Assembly: GCA_905618895.1 (NCBI GenBank)
Contig: CAJQTA010000004.1
Location: forward strand, 1,978 to 65,977
Reading direction: 5' to 3'
Origin: an uncultured Candidatus Pelagibacter sp.
Lineage (GTDB): Bacteria > Pseudomonadota > Alphaproteobacteria > Pelagibacterales > Pelagibacteraceae
DNA: 64,000 nt
A program made the position numbers and the translations under genes. Within the stretch, counting starts at the first letter, position 1. Every line of letters begins with the position of its first letter. Positions 32,604 through 41,770 of this stretch are shown one piece after another. The notes beneath the pieces were generated by a model that was not told the origin of the DNA, searched no databases, and saw nothing but the letters and a program-made list of their open reading frames with translations.

Positions 32604-33389
32604 TTAATTATTGATAAATTTTTTAAGATTCATATTAACATCATCTGAGCATTCTATACTACAAAGATGTTTGCCTTTATTTATCTCAATAAAAATTGAG
32701 TTTATCAGATCATTAGATAAAGATTTTGACATAGCAATTGTCGACCCAGGATCATTTGAGCCCGTCATAATAAGGCTTCTTGTTGTAATCTTTTTTATTA
32801 TATCAATATCATTTTTATAATTAGCAAAAAGATCATAGGATTTTAAAAAATTAGTATGATCTTCAGTTTTTTTATTTAGAATCTTTGTAAATTGGTCATA
32901 TGTTTCAGGGTGTATCTTTAAATATTCATCACTAAACCACCTCTTTAATGCTTGCTTAGAAACTGGTTTATTTAATTTTGCTTGATTAAATCTATCTATT
33001 ACTTGAGATCTTTCTTTCTCTGATCTTTTATAGGTTGTTCCAATGACAGTAAGGGAATTTAATTTATCTTGAAATTTCGATGCAAAATCTAAAGCAATTA
33101 GTGATCCTAAAGAAAAACCAACAAGATTAATCTTATCTATTTTTAAAAACTCCAGTAATGAAGTGAGTTGATTTGAAAAATCATTTAATGAGATGTCTTC
33201 TTTGATGTAAGGAGTTTTGCCATGACCTAATAAATCATAAGTAATTGTTGAATATTGATGAAAAGAATCAATTTGAGGCTTCCACATTTGATGATCAAGC
33301 CCAACCCCATGAATAAATACTATTGGAACTGTATTATTATCTATAAATGAGTAATAATTTTTATTTGGATCAAAACCTTGGGACATCAA
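32604..33389 (-). CDS. Alpha/beta hydrolase, TgnD-like
   Basis: IHGVG, YDLLGHG, GFSLG nucleophile elbow. Confidence 0.82.
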   Translation of the reverse strand: MMSQGFDPNKNYYSFIDNNTVPIVFIHGVGLDHQMWKPQIDSFHQYSTITYDLLGHGKTPYIKEDISLNDFSNQLTSLLEFLKIDKINLVGFSLGSLIALDFASKFQDKLNSLTVIGTTYKRSEKERSQVIDRFNQAKLNKPVSKQALKRWFSDEYLKIHPETYDQFTKILNKKTEDHTNFLKSYDLFANYKNDIDIIKKITTRSLIMTGSNDPGSTIAMSKSLSNDLINSIFIEINKGKHLCSIECSDDVNMNLKKFINN

Positions 33390-33390
33390 T

Positions 33391-33978
33391 CTATTTAGGG
33401 TCTAGACCCATTTCTTTCATATCTTGATACCTATCACCTGTTCTGGCATGAGCTCTTCCACTGGAAGCACCTCCAATTGCAATAACGATTTCATCATCGA
33501 AAGGAGCGTCATGTATAGTAAATTCATGAGTAAGGTAATAAGGTCTTAAGCCTGAATCTGTCTTGTGCATCATTGGAATAGATATTTTAGATCCAGCAGG
33601 ACCTCTGGTATTAGTAAAACTTAAGTAAGAAGTGCCACCTACAGCATCTCTAAATTTATTTCCAAATCTCAATGTATGAATAAATGCAGATGCATGTTCA
33701 ATTTCACCATTTAGACCAACAGTTCCAGCCTTACCATAAGCTAAAATTTTTTCAGGAGAGCCCATTTCTTTTATTAATTCTGAGACTAGAATAGTACCTA
33801 ATTTGGGAGCTAAATCTAAAATGATTGGTTTTAAGTCTTCAACAAAACCTTTTCCATGCCATGGATTTTTAAATACAGCAGCAACAGATACTAATAACAC
33901 TGGCTCCTTAGCTTCTTTACCACCTTCAATAAAAGTTTTATCGACAAATTTTGCAAATTTTCTTAATTCAAGTTTCAT
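33391..33978 (-). CDS. Amino-acid-synthesis (DUF1185) family protein, TgnF-like
   Basis: NPWHG.GFVEDL, AYGKA, GEIEHAS, DAP..DEIVIA. Confidence 0.82.
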   Translation of the reverse strand: MKLELRKFAKFVDKTFIEGGKEAKEPVLLVSVAAVFKNPWHGKGFVEDLKPIILDLAPKLGTILVSELIKEMGSPEKILAYGKAGTVGLNGEIEHASAFIHTLRFGNKFRDAVGGTSYLSFTNTRGPAGSKISIPMMHKTDSGLRPYYLTHEFTIHDAPFDDEIVIAIGGASSGRAHARTGDRYQDMKEMGLDPK

Positions 33979-35144
33979 TAACTAGCCTTTTCTATATTTG
34001 AATTATCTAAATTAATTTTTGGCATCACTTCATCATTAAACAGTTTTATGCTTCTCATGCAAGTTTCATGATTCATGCCTGGAAAGTTAGACCATACTTG
34101 TAGGTTTTGTAAATTTAATTCAGATTTTAATTCATTTATTTTATTAACCACATATTCAGGTGTGCCAAATAATAAATTTCTTTTATGTAAGAAATCATAG
34201 TTTAACAGGTCTAGTTTATGTTTTGTTTCTGGTAATTCTTCGTCTGGATCCATGTGATTTCCTAATCCTCTCCAATGACAAACCCATTTCATATAATTAA
34301 TAATATGTTCACCAGCCATTTTTTCTGCTTCCTCCATAGTTTCTGCTACAAACATATCTCTCACTAAAGATACACCCTCTCCTAATGGCACATCTCTGTT
34401 TTCAGCTTTTGACTTTGCATCTCTATAAATCTCAAATCTTTTTTTTAAAGCTTTAACAGTAGGTATCCACATTATAGTGTTTAATCCATTTTGTGCGGCC
34501 CATTCAATCGATCTTGCTCCATCAACTACTTGCCATATAGGAGGGTGTGGTAGTTGCATTGGTTTTGGAACAACGCTAATTTTTTTTATTTCACTTGTTT
34601 TTGTATCTAAAAACTTATCACTAGGCGGACTCATATCATGTTGCCAAGCAAAACCAGGAGTAGGGTAGGTGTAAAACTCACCTTGATGACTAAAAAATTC
34701 TTCAGTCCATGCTTTTTTCATCACTGTTAAAGTTTCATCAAATAATCTAAAATTTTTTGCCTGATCTTTTAAGTCAGCTTCTTTATTCATATTAATGGCT
34801 TCTCTGCCATATATTCCTCTTCCAATACCAACGTCAACTCTCCCACCTGATAGTTGATCCAATAAAGCTATATCTTCCGCAAGACGTATTGGATTATGAA
34901 AAGTAATTACATTACAGGCTTGTCCAATTCTAATTTGTTTAGTTCTTGCAGCAGCGTCTACTCCCATCATTAAAGGGTTCGTACACGATTCCATTCCTTC
35001 GTGATTAAAGTGATGCTCTGTATACCAAATCGAGTCCCAATTATTTTCATCACAGTAAGTAGTGATCTCTTTGGTTTCATCTAATAATTGATTGTATGGC
35101 TTATGATCCCAGTTAGTAGTATTACAAAAATATCCAAACTTCAT
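33978..35144 (-). CDS. Luciferase-like (LLM) flavin-dependent monooxygenase
   Basis: WYTEHH, PIRLAEDIALLDQLSGGRVDVGIGRG, PKPMQLPHPPIW, GTPE; strong AAGGAGG RBS. Confidence 0.9.
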   Translation of the reverse strand: MKFGYFCNTTNWDHKPYNQLLDETKEITTYCDENNWDSIWYTEHHFNHEGMESCTNPLMMGVDAAARTKQIRIGQACNVITFHNPIRLAEDIALLDQLSGGRVDVGIGRGIYGREAINMNKEADLKDQAKNFRLFDETLTVMKKAWTEEFFSHQGEFYTYPTPGFAWQHDMSPPSDKFLDTKTSEIKKISVVPKPMQLPHPPIWQVVDGARSIEWAAQNGLNTIMWIPTVKALKKRFEIYRDAKSKAENRDVPLGEGVSLVRDMFVAETMEEAEKMAGEHIINYMKWVCHWRGLGNHMDPDEELPETKHKLDLLNYDFLHKRNLLFGTPEYVVNKINELKSELNLQNLQVWSNFPGMNHETCMRSIKLFNDEVMPKINLDNSNIEKAS

Positions 35145-35177
35145 TCAAACCTCCTTAAATAATTAAATTTAAAGACG

Positions 35178-35239
35178 ACTGATCCCACTTTCGTAACTAC
35201 TTCAGTACCATTTAAACCCAGTAAAACGACGAGTTATGT
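35178..35239 (-). ncRNA. Candidate cis-regulatory RNA motif, copy 1 (LLM leader)
   Basis: ACATAACTCGTCGTT-[29 nt, foldable]-TACGAAAGTGGGATCAGT, ending 33 nt before the LLM ATG; repeated at 35516-35555. Confidence 0.55.
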
Positions 35240-35515
35240 TCTATCTTTTCTCAATCTTTAACCAAGGTTAGCACAAACCCAAAAAAATTATATGTTTATC
35301 AGACGTTATAAAGCCCAGTATTATAAGGATAATAATCAAACTATCTTATTTTTATTCTAGCAGTGTACAATTTTATAGAATCCCTATTAAGAAAAAATTA
35401 TTAAACCCAAAATAGGCGGGCTATTCCTTAATTCAATAATCAATAATATATAAATTCTTTAGTAAAAAATAAACTTCACAAATATTAGGAATCATGGCTA
35501 TAGGATCTTGGCGTA

Positions 35516-35555
35516 ACTGATGCCACTTTCGTATTGGATTAACGATGAGTTATGT
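35516..35555 (-). ncRNA. Candidate cis-regulatory RNA motif, copy 2
   Basis: ACATAACTCATCGTT-[7 nt]-TACGAAAGTGGCATCAGT; blocks are 14/15 and 17/18 identical to copy 1. Confidence 0.55.
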
Positions 35556-35571
35556 ATAGCTTATAAATATA

Positions 35572-35600
35572 ATGCTAAATTAACTAGACTTAACAATCAA
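35572..35600 (-). promoter_or_regulatory. Putative sigma70 promoter upstream of motif copy 2
   Basis: Minus strand TTGATT-N17-TAGCAT; weak evidence in AT-rich DNA. Confidence 0.35.
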
Positions 35601-35631
35601 TATATTTAATCTTGGATATATTAAAAAATTT

Positions 35632-36378
35632 ATGGAATCGAAAAAAATAGACCCAAAATTCAACAAATATCAAAATCCAAAAATTGGATTAATTGCACTA
35701 GCGAGCGATTATATGATTGAAAAAGATTTTATTAAAATAATTAAAGATAAAAAAATAGATTTTTTTGTTAATAGAATTGAGTGTTTTAATCCCTTAACTA
35801 GTGAAAATTTAATTAAGATGTCCGAAAAAGTTACAGAAGTAACAACAGATATTCTTCCAGGTGAAAAAATTGATTGTGTTGCTTATGGATGTACCTCAGG
35901 AACAATTGCTGCAGGATATGACTCTATAGAAAAAAAAATAAAAAAAGCAAAACCCGAAACTACAGTTACAACTCCAAGTACAGCATCTATAAAAGCACTT
36001 AAAAAATTAAATATAAATAAAGTTGCTATTTTTACTCCTTATTCAAAAAAATTAAATGATGAAGTATTAGATTTCTTCAGAAAAGAAAAATTTGAAATAA
36101 CTGCAAATTCATACTTTAATATTGAGTCTGATATAGATATAGGCAAAGTAGATTCTAATCACTTATTTGAAGCTCTTTTAAAAATGGATTTAAATGGTGC
36201 TGATGCTTTATTTATTTCTTGCACTGCTTTACCAGCATTATCAATAATTGAAATGCTTGAAAAAAAATTGAATAAGACTGTGCTTTCAAGTAATCAGACT
36301 TTAATTTGGGATACATTAAACTCTATCAATAATAAAGAGCCAGTTAAAGGCTTTGGAAAAATATTTGAAGTTATTTAA
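35632..36378 (+). CDS. Asp/Glu racemase superfamily protein (maleate isomerase/EutA-like)
   Basis: Catalytic Cys pair GCTSG and SCTAL, plus TPY and SSNQ motifs. Confidence 0.85.
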   Translation: MESKKIDPKFNKYQNPKIGLIALASDYMIEKDFIKIIKDKKIDFFVNRIECFNPLTSENLIKMSEKVTEVTTDILPGEKIDCVAYGCTSGTIAAGYDSIEKKIKKAKPETTVTTPSTASIKALKKLNINKVAIFTPYSKKLNDEVLDFFRKEKFEITANSYFNIESDIDIGKVDSNHLFEALLKMDLNGADALFISCTALPALSIIEMLEKKLNKTVLSSNQTLIWDTLNSINNKEPVKGFGKIFEVI

Positions 36379-36986
36379 AAATATTTCTTAAAGTCAGAAT
36401 TTATATTCAAAATTTCTAAATCTACTAATCCACCTATTATTAATTGAATTGCTACAATTAAAATAAAACCTAAACCCACATAGGCAATCCAAATATTTTT
36501 TTGAATATAATTTGCCAAGTATGTAGCTAAAGCTCCAGTTAATATAACAGACAGAATAAGTCCAAATATCATAAACCCAAAGTATCCTTTAGCAGCTCCA
36601 ACCACACCAATTACATTATCAAAACTTATGGTGATATCAGCAAATAAAACTTTATAAACACTCTGTATATATGACGGTTCTTTAGATTTTTTTGTTGTGG
36701 ATTTAATTCTCTTAATTTCAAGTAAATCTTTTCTTAAATCATTAACAATCCAGATTAAAAGAAGTCCACCTAAAATTTTTATAAAATAAAATTCAAATAA
36801 ATAAGTAGCAAAAAGCGCAAAAATAATCTTAAAAACTAAAGCACCAGCAACACCCCATAAGATTATTTGTTTTCTATTCTTTGGAACAAAATTAGCTGCA
36901 ATCAAACCTATAATAATGGCATTGTCTGCTGCCAAAACAATATCTATAAAGATAATCTGGCTTAAAATAATGGATTGTTCTATCAA
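36375..36986 (-). CDS. TerC/YjbE family membrane protein
   Basis: IDIVLAADNAIII and ADITISFDNV. Confidence 0.88.
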   Translation of the reverse strand: MIEQSIILSQIIFIDIVLAADNAIIIGLIAANFVPKNRKQIILWGVAGALVFKIIFALFATYLFEFYFIKILGGLLLIWIVNDLRKDLLEIKRIKSTTKKSKEPSYIQSVYKVLFADITISFDNVIGVVGAAKGYFGFMIFGLILSVILTGALATYLANYIQKNIWIAYVGLGFILIVAIQLIIGGLVDLEILNINSDFKKYF

Positions 36987-37334
36987 TATTTCTTTATAAT
37001 ATTAAAAAAATGAAATAATTCAATAAGGAATGATAATAAAAATATAGATTTTATAAATTAAAGTATGTTTTATTTCTTAGGGTCAGTATTTATTTTCTAC
37101 AATAGTCACTTTTAAAAAAAATTTTCTGAACTTTTAGTTTAATCTTGCAAAAAAAAATTAAAACGCCCAATTTAGGTTTCTTGCGTAAATTAACCCTAAT
37201 ATATGAGCTTTTTTAAACCAACGAAAAAGTTTAGATTAGTGTTTACACTACTTTTAAGAAGCCATACTGTCACATCTAAACTTACCGGAACTTATTAAGG
37301 TAAGTAATAAAAGTAATAAACAAAGGAGATAATT

Positions 37335-38783
37335 ATGGGTAGATCGTCAAAACTCTACAATTCAGATTTAGCTCCAACTCCAACTAAAGATAAAAATTGG
37401 GGATGGTTCGAAATCTTTAACGTGTGGGCAAACGATGTTCAAAGTTTATTTGGCTATACTTTGGCAGCGTCTTTATTTTTAGCATCTGGTTTGAATGGAT
37501 GGGCTGTATTTGCTGCATTAATCCTTGCAGGATTTTTCATCATGTGGCTTGTCAATCTTTCAGGTAAACCAAGCGTAAAACATGGAATTCCTTATCCAGT
37601 ATTTGCACGTGTGAGTATGGGTGTATTTGGAGCAAACTTTCCAGCAATGGCAAGAGGTATTGTTGCAATGTTTTGGTATGGAGCACAAACTTACGCAGCA
37701 TCAACTGCAGTAGCACTTTTAATTACTGGAATTACAGGAATGGAAGGTGAAGTTATGATGCTTGGTATGACAGGTGTAATGTGGTTTTCATTTATATTTG
37801 TTTCAGCTTTCCAAGTTTATTTATTTTGGCAAGGCATAGACCTTATCAAGAAGTTCTTAAACTTTGCGGGACCAGCTGTTTATGCAGTAATGATTCTTTT
37901 AATGATAGTTATATGGGCTAAAGCTGGTGGAGGACTTTTTTCAGAAGTAGGAACTATATTTTCTGGAGGAACTCGAACAGGAGGCTTTGAAGGTCTGGGA
38001 TCATTTGGAGCTTTTATAGCTGTATTTTCAATTATGGTTGGATATTTTGCTGCAGTAGTAATTAACTTTGGTGACTTTGCTAGATTTGTTAAAAATGAAG
38101 GAGAGATGAGAAAAGGTAACCTATGGGGATTAGTAGGTAATGTAATTTTGTTCTCTTTTATCACTTTAATGATTACTGGTGGAACAATCGCAATTTTTGG
38201 TGAATACGTAGCAAGCCCAACAGAAATGGTAGCTAAAGTAGACAACTTAGGTTTAACAATTATTGCTGCATTTGCATTTTTTGCAGCGACTGTTGGAATC
38301 AATATGGTTGCGAACTTTATACCTCCTGCGTATGATTTAGCCAATTTAATGCCAAGTAAAATTAATTTCAAAACTGGTGGACTAATAACAGCTGGTTTTG
38401 GTTTTGTTATTGGCGGTATGTGGGTTGCTGTTATTACTCAAATGGGGTTATTTCCATTCGTTAATACGCTTGGAGCAATTCTTGCACCTGTATTTGGTAT
38501 TATGATGGTTGATTACTATATTATCAAAAAAGAAAGATTAGATATTGATGCATTATTTGATGCTAGTCCAAAAGGCAAGTATTACTATGATAATGGCTTC
38601 AACACTAAAGGAATGTTAGCTTGGATTCTTTCAGGCTATATTGCTGTTGGCTCTGTTTGGCCGAACATCTTGTTCTTCGGTTTAGATGATTTCTTCGGTA
38701 ACTTAGGCGGTGGCGGTGGATATGCCTGGATAATTGGAGCATCATTAGGTGCTGTAGTTCATTTAGCTATATCTAAAAGATAA
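37335..38783 (+). CDS. NCS1 family nucleobase/allantoin:cation symporter
   Basis: GIPYPV..R.S.GVFGAN, NFGDFAR, GINMVAN; AAAGGAG RBS; next to allantoin genes. Confidence 0.92.
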   Translation: MGRSSKLYNSDLAPTPTKDKNWGWFEIFNVWANDVQSLFGYTLAASLFLASGLNGWAVFAALILAGFFIMWLVNLSGKPSVKHGIPYPVFARVSMGVFGANFPAMARGIVAMFWYGAQTYAASTAVALLITGITGMEGEVMMLGMTGVMWFSFIFVSAFQVYLFWQGIDLIKKFLNFAGPAVYAVMILLMIVIWAKAGGGLFSEVGTIFSGGTRTGGFEGLGSFGAFIAVFSIMVGYFAAVVINFGDFARFVKNEGEMRKGNLWGLVGNVILFSFITLMITGGTIAIFGEYVASPTEMVAKVDNLGLTIIAAFAFFAATVGINMVANFIPPAYDLANLMPSKINFKTGGLITAGFGFVIGGMWVAVITQMGLFPFVNTLGAILAPVFGIMMVDYYIIKKERLDIDALFDASPKGKYYYDNGFNTKGMLAWILSGYIAVGSVWPNILFFGLDDFFGNLGGGGGYAWIIGASLGAVVHLAISKR

Positions 38784-38807
38784 TAAGAAAACGCTATAAA
38801 TTAAAAA

Positions 38808-38835
38808 GACCCGTCGCATTAGTGCGGCGGGTTTT
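38808..38835. terminator. Rho-independent terminator between NCS1 and allA
   Basis: GACCCGTCGCA-TTAG-TGCGGCGGGTT with A-tract before and T-tract after. Confidence 0.85.
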
Positions 38836-39328
38836 AGTATTTTAGGAATATTTCTTCTTTATTTAAATCTTCAAGCACAAGATTTTCTCCAGAACCTTTT
38901 CTATCTACTACTAAAAAATTCATATCTTCTGTAGCTATTAAAGGGAAATGCCATGTACCAGGGTTATAATTAACTCCTATTTCTGGAGGAATAATAAAAG
39001 CTTCAATTTTATTAAGATCGGGTTTATTACCTTCTGGCGCAACAAGCGCTAAAAAAGTAGTTTGCTTCATTGGTATAAAAGCCTGACTTCCCAAGGGATG
39101 TTTTTCCATCATATCAATTTTCATTGGAAAAGACCTCTTTAATGCAGAAAAAATAGAAATAGTTGTTTCTCCATTATCTTTTGAAGTATTTAAATTAGCT
39201 ATTCCATCAAATCTTTTTGCATAGCCTTCATTAATTTCAATTGGCTTGATATCACCTGTTGTAATCATGTCTCCAAATTTAGAGAAATTTTCTTTTGTAA
39301 TAGGTTTGGGGTTAATTGAAATTTTCAT
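38834..39328 (-). CDS. allA: Ureidoglycolate lyase
   Basis: MEKHPLGSQAFIP, GVNY..GTWH, FLVVDR. Confidence 0.92.
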   Translation of the reverse strand: MKISINPKPITKENFSKFGDMITTGDIKPIEINEGYAKRFDGIANLNTSKDNGETTISIFSALKRSFPMKIDMMEKHPLGSQAFIPMKQTTFLALVAPEGNKPDLNKIEAFIIPPEIGVNYNPGTWHFPLIATEDMNFLVVDRKGSGENLVLEDLNKEEIFLKY

Positions 39329-40317
39329 TAAATTGCCTCACCAAAAATTCTAAATCTAGAAATTCCACCATCAGGAAAAATATTAATTTTTATAAAATTA
39401 ATCTTGTCATGTTTCATTAATATATTTTTAAATGTATGAGTTTTGTTTGCTGCTAAGTTAACCTTGTGTAATAAAAATTTCCACTTAATTGAACTTTTAA
39501 CAATTGAAGGGGAGGATTTTTTATTTGGTATAAAGGCAGCTTGTAATGAGCATTGACTTGGAAAATTTCCCTTAAAATGATGAGTTGATATTTCAATTTT
39601 ATCAATTTTTCTACCACTAATGGGATTCAGTATTAACCAGTCAAAACCTTTATCTCTTCTTCTTCTTGTTTCCCAGCCATCACCCATATTTTTAGCTTTT
39701 CCTGGAGCTAAAATATTTTCTGCTTTTCCAAAATGTTCGTTATTACATGCAATAACAGAAGCACCATTTAATAGCGATGCCAAATTAACTATTTTATTTC
39801 CGAATTTGTTATTTTTTTTTGAAAGACTTCCATAAAGCCTTAATCTTGCAACACCTCCATCTGGAAATATATTTAATTTAATATGAGTAAAATTTTTTTT
39901 AGAAGATGTATTAAATATATGATGACTGTTTGGCTTTGTTTTTTTTTTACCAATTAATGTTTTCCATCTTAAATCTTTAATATTTTTAGATTTTGAGTAA
40001 CAGCCTTCTAATGAAATCATAGATGGCTGATTTCCATTAAAATGTGAAGTGTCCACATCTACTTTGTTAATTGATCCTGGTTTACCAAGTTTAATAATTA
40101 AAAAATCATGTCCTGATGTTCTTTTCCTTCTAGACTCCCATCCATCCATCCATTTACCATTTTTATCAAATAACCCTTCTTTAAATACAGCTGGTGAGGG
40201 GTTAATAATTCTATTTGCAGATGCAAAAAAATCATCTGTCTTAAATATAACTTTAGAACCCAATCTAGGTTGAGCTAAATCAATGAGTCCATCTGTAAAA
40301 ATAATTTTTTTTGACAT
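39328..40317 (-). CDS. alc: Allantoicase
   Basis: Two repeats with DGWES/TRRxR and IFPDGGV/ISR. Confidence 0.95.
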   Translation of the reverse strand: MSKKIIFTDGLIDLAQPRLGSKVIFKTDDFFASANRIINPSPAVFKEGLFDKNGKWMDGWESRRKRTSGHDFLIIKLGKPGSINKVDVDTSHFNGNQPSMISLEGCYSKSKNIKDLRWKTLIGKKKTKPNSHHIFNTSSKKNFTHIKLNIFPDGGVARLRLYGSLSKKNNKFGNKIVNLASLLNGASVIACNNEHFGKAENILAPGKAKNMGDGWETRRRRDKGFDWLILNPISGRKIDKIEISTHHFKGNFPSQCSLQAAFIPNKKSSPSIVKSSIKWKFLLHKVNLAANKTHTFKNILMKHDKINFIKINIFPDGGISRFRIFGEAI

Positions 40318-41237
40318 TATTTAGAATAGTTTTTAATCCAATGTTTTGCTATATCAATTCTTTTGCATATCCACACATCCTCATGTTTAAGTATATAATC
40401 TAAGAATCTTTTTAAAGATTGAATTCTTCCTGGTTTTCCGATCAGTCTACAGTGTAATCCTACAGACATCATTTTAGGACTTGTTTTCCCCTCCTCATAT
40501 AAGGCATCAAAACTATCTTTTAAGTACGTAAAAAAATGATCACCAGTGTTGAAACCTTGATTGGTAGCAAATCTCATATCATTATTATCAAGTGTATAAG
40601 GAATGATGAGTTGTTTTTTTTTGTTTCTAATTTCCCAGTATGGTAGGTCATCGCTATAAGAGTCACTGTCATATAAAAAACCACCATCTTCAAAAACCAA
40701 ATCTCTAGTATTGGGACTACATCTGCCTGTGTACCACCCTAGAGGACGCTCACCAAAAATTTTTTTATGGGATTCAATTGCAAGTTTCATATGTTTTTTT
40801 TCTTCTGATTTTTTAATTTTTTGGTAATCAATCCATCTCCACCCATGAGAAGCCACCTCATAATTAGCCTCTTTTATTGCCTTGCATATTTCGGGATTTT
40901 TTTCTAAAGCCATACCAACCCCAAAAATAGTTATTGGAATTTTTTTTTCTTTGAATAAATTATGTAATCTCCAAAATCCACTTCGTGAACCATACTCATA
41001 TAAAGATTCCATGTTAATATGTCTGCCTTTTACAGGTCGTGCACCAATAATTTCAGATAAAAAAATTTCTGAATTTTTATCTCCATTTAAAACACAACTT
41101 TCTGCTCCTTCTTCATAATTTAAAACTATTTGAACAGCCAATTTTGAATTATTAGGCCAACTAATTTTTTTACCAGCAGAACCATATCCAATCATATCTC
41201 TAGTGTATATTTTGGGCATATAAATATTATATTTCAA
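40317..41237 (-). CDS. puuE: PuuE-type allantoinase
   Basis: VLNYEEGAE, ESLYEYGSR, SHGWRW, MMSVGLHCRL. Confidence 0.93.
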   Translation of the reverse strand: MKYNIYMPKIYTRDMIGYGSAGKKISWPNNSKLAVQIVLNYEEGAESCVLNGDKNSEIFLSEIIGARPVKGRHINMESLYEYGSRSGFWRLHNLFKEKKIPITIFGVGMALEKNPEICKAIKEANYEVASHGWRWIDYQKIKKSEEKKHMKLAIESHKKIFGERPLGWYTGRCSPNTRDLVFEDGGFLYDSDSYSDDLPYWEIRNKKKQLIIPYTLDNNDMRFATNQGFNTGDHFFTYLKDSFDALYEEGKTSPKMMSVGLHCRLIGKPGRIQSLKRFLDYILKHEDVWICKRIDIAKHWIKNYSK

Positions 41238-41255
41238 AATTAAATTCTTAACAAT

Positions 41256-41768
41256 TTATTGTTGTTCAATTAGGGCTTTTAGTTCCTCAAACTCTTTACA
41301 TTTGCAAGTTTCTAATATTTTTAGTTGTTCTTTGGCCATGTTTATTCTTTTTGTCTTAATATATAGCTCTCCCAAATTCTTATTTATATAAATATGGTTA
41401 GGTTCAATTTCCAATCCTAGTAAAAAATAAATTTCAGCCATATCAAAATCACCAACATTTATTAATGAAAATCCTAATAAACCAAGTATGGCAGGTTCAT
41501 TAGGTGACTCTCTGCTAGCAATTGTTAAAAATTCTATAGCATCATTAAATCTTTTTTTTGCTTTTTCTGATTTCTTTTTTTTATCATATTTTTTTGCTTG
41601 TTTAATTGCTGCTACAGCTTTTTTAAAATTACTATTCTTAGCATTTAAATAGGAGTACTCCTCAGAACCACCCTTACCAACATCTGTATCTGTTTTTGTT
41701 CCAGCTGAATAAACAGGGCAATTAAATAAACATACTATTAAAAGAAGAGTTAAATATTTTTTAGTCAT
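41256..41768 (-). CDS. Exported TPR-repeat protein
   Basis: Signal-peptide-like N-terminus; TPR-like helices (LGFS...A..Y...L..EPNH...LGELY). Confidence 0.72.
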   Translation of the reverse strand: MTKKYLTLLLIVCLFNCPVYSAGTKTDTDVGKGGSEEYSYLNAKNSNFKKAVAAIKQAKKYDKKKKSEKAKKRFNDAIEFLTIASRESPNEPAILGLLGFSLINVGDFDMAEIYFLLGLEIEPNHIYINKNLGELYIKTKRINMAKEQLKILETCKCKEFEELKALIEQQ

Positions 41769-41770
41769 AA

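Noticed and set aside
35432-35494. 20-aa minus-strand ORF (MIPNICEVYFLLKNLYIIDY) after motif copy 2
   Set aside because: No RBS and expected by chance in AT-rich DNA; cannot be supported as a leader peptide.
35178-35555. Reading the duplicated motif as a hammerhead ribozyme, CRISPR repeat or c-di-GMP/TPP/SAM riboswitch
   Set aside because: CUGAU and GAAA lie on opposite strands and CUGANGA is absent; only two widely spaced copies and no cas genes; the consensus cores I recall do not match.
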